A stretch of DNA of 64,000 nt, from the IMG/VR virus record IMGVR_UViG_3300018421_000009; one strand, written 5' to 3'. Positions 20,481-28,058 of this stretch are shown in pieces. Every line of letters begins with the position of its first letter. Within the stretch, counting starts at the first letter, position 1. The position numbers and the translations under genes were made by a program. The stretch is from an uncultured virus (IMG/VR IMGVR_UViG_3300018421_000009) (Duplodnaviria; Heunggongvirae; Uroviricota; Caudoviricetes). The notes beneath the pieces were generated by a model that was given only the letters and a program-made list of their open reading frames with translations, had not been told where the DNA came from and did not search any database.

Positions 20481-21441
20481 TAATGAATGGGGACAACTTC
20501 GTAAAGTAATTGTTGGCGTTGCAGATCATGCAAAAATTCCTACTGATATTGATATTAGTTTGCGTTGTGTAAATTTTGCAGACGTACGAGATGATAGTGA
20601 AATACAAAAAGGGCCTTACCCACAACAAGTAATAGACGAAGCAAACGAAGATTTACAAACCTTTGTAGATTTTTTAGAAGGAGAATCAATTGAAGTTGTA
20701 CGTCCTAATACTAATGATTGTAACTATTATAATTATTGCCCTCGAGACTCGGTATTTGTACACGGGGATTTAACACTTGCAACACCAATGCCTATTAGAG
20801 CAAGGAAGCACGAATGGAAGGCATTTGAACATCACCTAAAAAGTCCTGTTCAAGTTCCGTGCTATCACGAAAGTAAATTGTATAATACAGATTGCATAGG
20901 CAATAAGGACATACTAGCACTAAATGAGTTTGAGCCTGCGTTTGATGCCGCAAATATTATTCGTGCTAACGAACACGTTTTATATCTTGTAAGTAATAGC
21001 GGAAACAAACTCGGTGCAACACTATTGCAAGATGCACTAGGTGATACAGCACAAGTGCATTTATTACAAGATGTTTATAGTTATATGCACATTGACAGTA
21101 CTGTTGCTTTTTTACGTGATGGATTATTACTTGCTAATCCTAGTAGAATTAAAAGCAAAGAAGACTTGCCAATGCCTTTTAGAAATTGGGATATTTTATG
21201 GTGTCCCGAACCTGTTGACATTGGACATTATCCAGGTTGGTGTAATGCAAGTACGTGGATAAACATGAACTTGTTTAGTGTAAATACTAAATTAGTAGCA
21301 CTTGAAAAACATCAAGAGCCACTACGTAAAGCACTAGAAGCACAAGGTATTGAATGTGCTATGTTGCCAATGAGGCATCAAAGAACATTAGGCGGTGGTT
21401 TTCACTGCGTAACATTGGATATAGAACGAGATGTGGAGTAG
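20473..21441 (+). CDS. Amidinotransferase (glycine / inosamine-phosphate StrB1-like)
   Basis: NEWGQLRKVIVG, CPRD, FDAAN, MHIDST, C-terminal LGGGFHCVT (Asp-His-Cys catalytic set of pentein amidinotransferases). Confidence 0.88.
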   Translation: MSSNEWGQLRKVIVGVADHAKIPTDIDISLRCVNFADVRDDSEIQKGPYPQQVIDEANEDLQTFVDFLEGESIEVVRPNTNDCNYYNYCPRDSVFVHGDLTLATPMPIRARKHEWKAFEHHLKSPVQVPCYHESKLYNTDCIGNKDILALNEFEPAFDAANIIRANEHVLYLVSNSGNKLGATLLQDALGDTAQVHLLQDVYSYMHIDSTVAFLRDGLLLANPSRIKSKEDLPMPFRNWDILWCPEPVDIGHYPGWCNASTWINMNLFSVNTKLVALEKHQEPLRKALEAQGIECAMLPMRHQRTLGGGFHCVTLDIERDVE

Positions 21442-21925
21442 AGGATTTTTACCAGTCTTATGGGACGAAAGTTACAAAGACTTTGATTATATTAGACAAC
21501 CTATTACAGGTGAAGAATCGGATATGTGGCGTGAACAAGGTTACACTCACAACACAACAACAGGCAAAATGTACGACAGTCGAAACCCAATGCCTGAGTG
21601 GGTCAACGATGTTGCTAAACGTATTAACTTAAAAAATACAGGCTTTGTGTTTTACCGTATGGATACTCTAGACATTATGCCAACACACGTAGATCATTTT
21701 AATACCTACTGTCGTGTGTTTAATCAAGAACGTAATGATGTAAGACGTGCTATTGTATTTTTAGAAGACTGGAAGCCAGGACATTACTTTGAAATAGACG
21801 GCACTGCTGTTGTAAATTATAAAGCAGGTGAATATGTATTATGGAATCCAGATGTACCACACGCGGCTAGTAACATAGGCGTTGATCCAAGATATACACT
21901 ACAAATTACAGGCACATTTTTCTAA
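21431..21925 (+). CDS. 2OG-Fe(II) oxygenase
   Basis: PTHVD...RAIVFLEDWKPGHYF...PHAASN..RYTLQITG (HxD...H...R). Confidence 0.8.
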   Translation: MWSRGFLPVLWDESYKDFDYIRQPITGEESDMWREQGYTHNTTTGKMYDSRNPMPEWVNDVAKRINLKNTGFVFYRMDTLDIMPTHVDHFNTYCRVFNQERNDVRRAIVFLEDWKPGHYFEIDGTAVVNYKAGEYVLWNPDVPHAASNIGVDPRYTLQITGTFF

Positions 21926-23058
21926 TGTTTGTACAAGATTTGTTTTGGCAAAACATTCCTAGTATGCGAGATAAAAATAGAGGAATGTTAGCAGAACTAT
22001 TCTTAAAAAGTTTTCTAAAAGATTCAACCCGTCCTACGTTTGTTTACACAGGCACTAACCATATTAAACAGTTTAATGAGTTAGAATTTAGTATTAAAAC
22101 TATTAACAAGTTAAAAAGACGCGGTGTTGACATTTACTTGTACGAACCTGTTAGTCCTTACATAAAAGGAACTAAACATAATAATCATTTTTATAGCGAA
22201 TTCAATTCTAATGACAATTTATGTGCAGATGAATTAGACAGCATAGTTGAATGGCAAGAAAAATACGATATTAAAAACGTTAATGTGTACACAGGCGATT
22301 ATGATGTACAAAAATACTATTCTAAAAATTATCCTAGTTTAAATCTACACTGCTTAGATATTTTCCTACGTGATTTTTTTTGCGGTAGCGGAAGCCAATT
22401 AAACTTCAAATACAATAAAAAGTTTATTTGTCCTAATTGGCGTTACACTAAACATAGACATTTAGTTTCTGCATTTTTAGTTGATAAAGATTGTCATTTA
22501 AGTTGGAACTTTAGAACTAACTACGAGTTGTTAATGGATGGTACTTGGATTGATTTAGATGCGTGGAAGTATGAAAATATAATTAAAAAAAATATTAATA
22601 TACTTAATAAAAATACCCCGTATGTGTTAGATTACAACAATGCAGAAACAACCGACGCTGGTATGAAACATTGGCCTATGTTTGCTCCTGAAGGTAAAGG
22701 ACTAGAGGGATTTTATATAGACAGTATGTGTGCTATTGTTAATGAAACACGCTTTGCTCAACCAACTGCTAACTTTAGTGAAAAAACTTTTAACGCTATG
22801 TTATATGGACGACCTTTTATTATGGTCGGCCCACCTCACACACTAAAGTATCTACAAGAATTAGGATTTAAAACATTTAACGAGTTATGGAGTGAAGAAT
22901 ACGATTCAATTGAAAATCATACAGAACGTATGAATGCTATATTTGAGTTGATTGAAACTGTTGAAAAAGAAAATTACAATTTAGAAGATATTAAAGCAAC
23001 ATTATTACATAACCAAGCAATGGTTAGCAACTTTCACAAAAACGATAAAACTCTTTAA
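21925..23058 (+). CDS. Glycosyltransferase-like protein, paralog of 18224..19183
   Basis: NWRYTKHR...IVNETRF..FSEKTF..GRPFI...GFKTFNELWSEEYD. Confidence 0.55.
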   Translation: MFVQDLFWQNIPSMRDKNRGMLAELFLKSFLKDSTRPTFVYTGTNHIKQFNELEFSIKTINKLKRRGVDIYLYEPVSPYIKGTKHNNHFYSEFNSNDNLCADELDSIVEWQEKYDIKNVNVYTGDYDVQKYYSKNYPSLNLHCLDIFLRDFFCGSGSQLNFKYNKKFICPNWRYTKHRHLVSAFLVDKDCHLSWNFRTNYELLMDGTWIDLDAWKYENIIKKNINILNKNTPYVLDYNNAETTDAGMKHWPMFAPEGKGLEGFYIDSMCAIVNETRFAQPTANFSEKTFNAMLYGRPFIMVGPPHTLKYLQELGFKTFNELWSEEYDSIENHTERMNAIFELIETVEKENYNLEDIKATLLHNQAMVSNFHKNDKTL

Positions 23059-24391
23059 ACTCGGGAAATGTTTCTACTAGGTTGGTTCCTCTTCTTCTAT
23101 CATATTCTTTAAACCAACTAGCAAAATTACGCCTACCATTTAATAGTTTCTTTTCGTCATACTCTGTTTTACGCATATAATCAACTACACGTCTTAGACG
23201 TTCATATTCCAAACTACTAAATTTTGTTCTATCCTTATCGTCTACATTGTTTTGCATAAACAATAAATGATTCATCATGTATGGCATAAATTCATCTTTA
23301 GGAAGTATGTTCATATCAAACTGAATAGGCTCTTTTAAATAAGGTGTATCAAATCTAATACGTTGCCATTTAGTTTGTTCATCTGTATTATACTTCTTGC
23401 GCCACTCTAATATTTTATGTAATAAATCATCAAAACTTGTAACAACAAATAAATTAAATGTAACCATAAATGTTACAGGCCAACCTGTTTTAGTTAGATA
23501 ATAATCTAAGTTTGATTCCCATAATTTTAAATCTAATCCTGTACGTGTATACTCTGCACGAGGACCCCAGGTATCGATACTTGTATATAATTTAAAACTG
23601 TTAATACAGTTTTTATCTTTTAATACTTTTAAACGTTCTACAAGTTTTACTATACGTTCTGGCTTAACACCCATATTGCTATTAAGTTCTATATTGAGAT
23701 GTGGTTTAGGATTTGCTTCTAATTCGTCAAACAATCTCCAGGTACTATTGTGCATTAACGGTTCGCCTCCGGTAACACGTAAAATGTTTAGTGTCTTACT
23801 TACTTCAGGCCACCACTTCCACCATGCTTCTACATATGGGTTAGTTTCTTCTTTGTATAATTCAAAATAATCAATATCATTGCGATGTGCTGTACTGTCT
23901 TTATAAGGACCATGCTTTTTGATCTCGTTATAATATCTGCTACTAAACTTAGGATGACAGTAACCGCATTTAAAGTTACACTGGTTACTAAAATTAATTT
24001 CAATATACTCTGGATTAATATCATAATCCCAAGGATTACTTTTAATTTCTTCTATACGTTCCGGGGTGTATATACTCGCTGTTTTAATATGTCTATCGCT
24101 AATGTAATCTTTGCCCATACACTCAATATTCCAACAGTACTGACAACCACTAGGTTTTTCACCTTGCAACATTAAACCGCGTTCACGTTTCTTTTCAGGT
24201 GTGTTGTGTAATTGACTAGGATTATCTTGTAATCCTTCTAAGGGAATTTTATGTGGAGCCGGATGATAACAACTGTGTGTTTCACCAGTTTGTAAATAGA
24301 TAGTAACATGATGCCATTTAGCCAAACAAAAGGTAGGAGAGATTTCATCAATCTCTGGCATAATAGATTTTATTCGCTGTACTTCACTCAT
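23024..24391 (-). CDS. Twitch-domain radical SAM protein
   Basis: FCLAKWHH..SCYHP..CQYCW N-terminal domain; CNFKCGYC; TGGEPL. Closest in pattern to 1158..2453. Confidence 0.92.
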   Translation of the reverse strand: MSEVQRIKSIMPEIDEISPTFCLAKWHHVTIYLQTGETHSCYHPAPHKIPLEGLQDNPSQLHNTPEKKRERGLMLQGEKPSGCQYCWNIECMGKDYISDRHIKTASIYTPERIEEIKSNPWDYDINPEYIEINFSNQCNFKCGYCHPKFSSRYYNEIKKHGPYKDSTAHRNDIDYFELYKEETNPYVEAWWKWWPEVSKTLNILRVTGGEPLMHNSTWRLFDELEANPKPHLNIELNSNMGVKPERIVKLVERLKVLKDKNCINSFKLYTSIDTWGPRAEYTRTGLDLKLWESNLDYYLTKTGWPVTFMVTFNLFVVTSFDDLLHKILEWRKKYNTDEQTKWQRIRFDTPYLKEPIQFDMNILPKDEFMPYMMNHLLFMQNNVDDKDRTKFSSLEYERLRRVVDYMRKTEYDEKKLLNGRRNFASWFKEYDRRRGTNLVETFPEFKEFYRFCESC

Positions 24392-24635
24392 ATTCTATCC
24401 AGTTAAATATACCACGTATTGCTAACAGCAAATAAAACAATTCCATGAGTGCTCTCGGCACATCCTTGTCCTTAATTCCCATCCAAATCCATATTGTACA
24501 ACTTAGGCAAGCAACTGCCCAACCTATCCATTGCAGTTTGGCATTACCGCCACTAAGTATAAAAGCACCTACCATAGCCAAGACGAATCCTAGCCAACGC
24601 CAGCCATCTATGTTATGATAGTATCTAATTTTCAT
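24384..24635 (-). CDS. Small membrane protein (about 3 TM helices; PnuC/SemiSWEET-like size)
   Basis: 83 aa with three hydrophobic segments (WLGFVLAMVGAFIL; WIGWAVACLSCTIWIWMG; LMELFYLLLAIRGIFNW); overlaps both neighbours. Confidence 0.65.
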   Translation of the reverse strand: MKIRYYHNIDGWRWLGFVLAMVGAFILSGGNAKLQWIGWAVACLSCTIWIWMGIKDKDVPRALMELFYLLLAIRGIFNWIEYE

Positions 24636-25522
24636 TTACGTCTAATAACCCTATCACTATTTACATAAACAGTTTTAAAAAATTTACTTTGCAAACTATC
24701 GTATGGAACAACTGCAATAGGTAAGTCTAATTCGTTAATTAATTTTTTACCAACTTCTTTTGCTTCTTCTGCTGGATTAACAGTTTCATGTTCTTTCCAT
24801 AATTCTTTAAGATATTCAAAGTCACGTGTTTGTGTATGATCCCAATCAGTACACATTGTTTTATAACAGCCTAGTCTTGCTCCGTAGATTGCCCATATGC
24901 CGTCTGGCACATCACAACCTACCATTTGCCATATGTAAAGTCTATGTCTATTTTGCCACCATAACTGTTCTTCAATATCAGTTACCTTAGTACCCCTATC
25001 TAATGACATCTTTACACCTTCACGAAAGCCTGCTCTCCATGCTTGTAAAGGACTGCCTGTAATAATACTGCTACTATAGTTTTCGTTTAGTTGATAATAG
25101 TTGTCAAAATAACAAAACTCAATACTAGTTTCGTTTGTACCGTCTGTATTTTCGTGTGTACGCATATTCTTTACAAACTCTTTTGTCCACATCTTCAAAC
25201 TTCCGTTACCGTACATAAGTCCGTTAACATCAATTTTACCGCACCAACTAAATTGATAGTCGTCATCTACACCTAGTTTGTCTAAGTCTAATTCAACTTG
25301 CATAAATCGAGGATCAACAATAGTGTCACCGTCAACTGTTACAAAATGTTTTGTATCTGATAAATCGGCACAGGCTTTATGTGCGGCATCACTGCCTTCA
25401 ACACCGTGTACTCTTTTTGCCCAAGGCACTTTACGTTTTAAGTCTGCCCAATTTTCTTCAGCATTAGGCTCGTCATAACTTAAAAAGATAATATCAACAT
25501 CTTGTATTTTAATTTTTGACAA
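24632..25522 (-). CDS. GT-A-fold (GT2-like) glycosyltransferase
   Basis: DIIFLSYDEP...VTVDGD...YGNGSLK...AWRAGFREG. Start at TTG 25522 with a GGAG SD; the ORF track starts at 25567. Confidence 0.65.
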   Translation of the reverse strand: MSKIKIQDVDIIFLSYDEPNAEENWADLKRKVPWAKRVHGVEGSDAAHKACADLSDTKHFVTVDGDTIVDPRFMQVELDLDKLGVDDDYQFSWCGKIDVNGLMYGNGSLKMWTKEFVKNMRTHENTDGTNETSIEFCYFDNYYQLNENYSSSIITGSPLQAWRAGFREGVKMSLDRGTKVTDIEEQLWWQNRHRLYIWQMVGCDVPDGIWAIYGARLGCYKTMCTDWDHTQTRDFEYLKELWKEHETVNPAEEAKEVGKKLINELDLPIAVVPYDSLQSKFFKTVYVNSDRVIRRK

Positions 25523-26090
25523 CTTGTACTCCGTAACTGTTAAAGACTTTAGTAGTGTAAACGTCAAACTCTATTATACTATCATTTTCATTAAATTGCA
25601 AGACTAAATCGTTTGAACTTAAATCAAAATTTAATTCTCTATATAGAACATATGGGTCATTTTTCTTTACAATACTAAATTGTTTTTTAGTTTGTAATGT
25701 TACATTGTTTTTATCTAGTGTTTTTTGAAACAATTTACCAAATGTTAATTCCCATTGTTGCGTTATGTAATTTTTAACTAAAATAATATCTGCACTATCA
25801 TTTTCTTGTACTTTGTAAAAACTATTATTAACATTGTACTCGTATGCTTTTTCTTCGTGTACATTTACAAGTTCATACATAGTTGATGCAGGATTAAACA
25901 ATACTTTGTAGTGTTTGTAAAATGCTTTGCCTTCGATAATATCTCTAACACTATCGTATTCAACTTCAATACTATGTTCGCCAAGAGGCGAGTCGCTAAA
26001 ACTATCAATGTAACCAGTAGTTACATTAAAGTTAGCATATGTTGGTGCTGGTTTTATAGGAACTTCAGTCCAATCTTTTAAATCTGTCAT
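25509..26090 (-). CDS. Hypothetical protein
   Basis: Fills the gap between glycosyltransferase genes; start at ATG 26090 (MTDLKD). No motif recognised. Confidence 0.65.
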   Translation of the reverse strand: MTDLKDWTEVPIKPAPTYANFNVTTGYIDSFSDSPLGEHSIEVEYDSVRDIIEGKAFYKHYKVLFNPASTMYELVNVHEEKAYEYNVNNSFYKVQENDSADIILVKNYITQQWELTFGKLFQKTLDKNNVTLQTKKQFSIVKKNDPYVLYRELNFDLSSNDLVLQFNENDSIIEFDVYTTKVFNSYGVQVVKN

Positions 26091-26883
26091 AAAACTTTCC
26101 TGTAAAATCTTTTTCTGTATAGTGGAACACTGTGTTTTGTAACCAACCACCAACTCTTAAATTTAAATCGTCATCAACAAAACAAGTAATTCTGTCTTGC
26201 CATTTCTTTGTTTGTGTTTTCCAACTTTGTAAGTATGGCTTCATGTGTACAAAAGTAGGAAACGGTAACTTTTTGTTAGTAACTAAATGTTCACAGTCTA
26301 AAACTCTAATAGTAATTGCTGTACATACATCTACACTTAAAAACTTTTGCATTTTCTTAGGAGCATACTTTTCATAATAGTATTCCCAGTTCTTCATTAC
26401 TTCTTCTAAGCAAGTATAAAACTTTTTTGCAAAGTCTGACTTCTTAAAGTAGTGCAATGCTACATAAGTGTCTGGTAATTTGTTTTCTATAAACATTTTT
26501 CTATAGTAACTTGTGTCAGGTTTTTCAAACTTGTAGTCTGTAACTGCTGTTGTATAGAACACATCATAATTTTGCATCAAGTTCCACCAGTTTGACAGAT
26601 CTTGTTGTACTAACATATCAGTATCTAGCACAAAAGTTGCGTCATATGGACAAGCATGATATATCTTCCAACGGTTTTGTACTTTCCATTTGTGTTCTTC
26701 GCCGGCATCTTCCCAAGGAATAGGTACAATGTCGTCAAACAGTTCTTTGTTTTCTACTACATCATTTGTAATTAGGCATATTTTACTTTTAGGGTTAGTA
26801 TTCCTAATACTCATTGCTAGTAATTCTGCTTGACGTATGTAATTGTCTTCGTTATTTTGTGCAAGGACTGTAAAATTAGGCAT
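26065..26883 (-). CDS. GT8-like glycosyltransferase
   Basis: LLAMSIR...RWKIYHACPYDATFVLDTDML (DxD)...FVHMK. Confidence 0.7.
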   Translation of the reverse strand: MPNFTVLAQNNEDNYIRQAELLAMSIRNTNPKSKICLITNDVVENKELFDDIVPIPWEDAGEEHKWKVQNRWKIYHACPYDATFVLDTDMLVQQDLSNWWNLMQNYDVFYTTAVTDYKFEKPDTSYYRKMFIENKLPDTYVALHYFKKSDFAKKFYTCLEEVMKNWEYYYEKYAPKKMQKFLSVDVCTAITIRVLDCEHLVTNKKLPFPTFVHMKPYLQSWKTQTKKWQDRITCFVDDDLNLRVGGWLQNTVFHYTEKDFTGKFYDRFKRLD

Positions 26884-27694
26884 TGGCTATTTCCCTGTTT
26901 AAACTAAACTTGTTCATAACGTGAATATTAATGCCACTTGTTTTTAATAATGTATATTCGCCTGTTCTATTTTGTTTTTCAACAAGCAACTTTATGTTTT
27001 CGTTATCAATTTTATTCAGTACATCGTTATGTGTACTATAAATCATTCTTCCTGGTAACTCTTTTACACCACCAACAATGTGTGCCGCAATACTAAACGC
27101 ATAGTCATTGCGATACACTGTGCTTGTAATTTGATATAGGTTACGATAGTGTTGATAGTTTTCTTTAATGTGTTTTAATAAGTTAAAGAAAATCTTATTT
27201 TTGTTGTTTTTTCTAAAAAATACACAAGTTGCCCAATAAAATTTTATACTTGTTTCACTAATTAATTTAAATTCGTCTGTATTGCGCCAGCCTGTAATAT
27301 CAACTGCACTTGAATACATCATTAAATCGTTTACACTGTCAAAACAGTTTGCTAATAAACTGTTTGAAATAATATAATCTGTATCAAGTATTAGCGTATT
27401 ATCATATGGTGTTACATCGTATGCATCTGTACGATTATAATTTTTAAAGTCTAGTGTTTTTTTAGATAAACTACCATCAGCATATGTTTTTTTATTCCAG
27501 CGTTTGTTATCTAGTACAACAATATTGTCAAATACACTAGAGTCGTAGTATTCTTCTACACGTTTTTTATCGTCAGTAACAAGAGTTGTAGGAAGGTTAA
27601 GGTACTGTGTTACACGCTTTGCTAAAAAGCAAGCCTGTGCAACATAATCTATTTGAGCATTGTTGTATGCAAATAAAAGTACACCATTTGTCAT
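26876..27694 (-). CDS. GT8-like glycosyltransferase, tandem paralog
   Basis: RTDAYDVTPYDNTLILDTDY (DxD)...RNDYAFSIA...HVMNK. Confidence 0.7.
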   Translation of the reverse strand: MTNGVLLFAYNNAQIDYVAQACFLAKRVTQYLNLPTTLVTDDKKRVEEYYDSSVFDNIVVLDNKRWNKKTYADGSLSKKTLDFKNYNRTDAYDVTPYDNTLILDTDYIISNSLLANCFDSVNDLMMYSSAVDITGWRNTDEFKLISETSIKFYWATCVFFRKNNKNKIFFNLLKHIKENYQHYRNLYQITSTVYRNDYAFSIAAHIVGGVKELPGRMIYSTHNDVLNKIDNENIKLLVEKQNRTGEYTLLKTSGINIHVMNKFSLNREIANA

Positions 27695-28035
27695 TCTACT
27701 AAGCCGTCAACCGTTCTGCTTGACTCTAACTTTTTATATGCTATATGATAATCGTTTAGAGCAACAAAGTATTTGTTTGTGATGTTTGAATAGAAGTCTT
27801 CAACATCTGCTATCTCAATCGGAATATCGTTGTCGTCAATCAAAACAGATGACTCTTGCCCAGTGTTAACCAAAATGTTAACATAGTTAATAAGTTCTTT
27901 TGATATAGTGAATTGGCCGCCGTTGGTAAAATAGATAGAGTCTGTTACAAACTTTTCGTGTAACATACGTTTTTGGTTATCTAACGTGGCAGAATAATTG
28001 CCAAATTCCAAGGCTTTTTCTAACTTCTCATCCAT
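27691..28035 (-). CDS. Hypothetical protein
   Basis: 114-aa ORF heading the glycosyltransferase operon, with a late-promoter motif directly upstream. Confidence 0.7.
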   Translation of the reverse strand: MDEKLEKALEFGNYSATLDNQKRMLHEKFVTDSIYFTNGGQFTISKELINYVNILVNTGQESSVLIDDNDIPIEIADVEDFYSNITNKYFVALNDYHIAYKKLESSRTVDGLVE

Positions 28036-28040
28036 AGCAA

Positions 28041-28047
28041 TATTTAC
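28041..28047 (-). promoter_or_regulatory. Putative late promoter GTAAATA
   Basis: 5 nt upstream of ATG 28035 in a 23-nt intergenic gap. Confidence 0.6.
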
Positions 28048-28058
28048 TATGTTTTAAG

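Noticed and set aside
1158..24391. RiPP cluster interpretation (SPASM/twitch rSAM enzymes acting on a precursor peptide)
   Set aside because: Genes overlap or abut, leaving no free small ORF that looks like a precursor, and no RRE/PqqD domain, peptidase or exporter is recognisable in the window. A precursor encoded elsewhere cannot be excluded.
1..28035. Known DNA hypermodification pathway (7-deazaguanine, hmdU/hmdC based)
   Set aside because: No recognisable QueC/QueD/FolE/DpdA, dCMP or dUMP hydroxymethylase, or similar nucleotide-pathway gene in the window, and the rSAMs carry extra Cys domains unlike QueE. DNA remains a possible target but is not supported directly.
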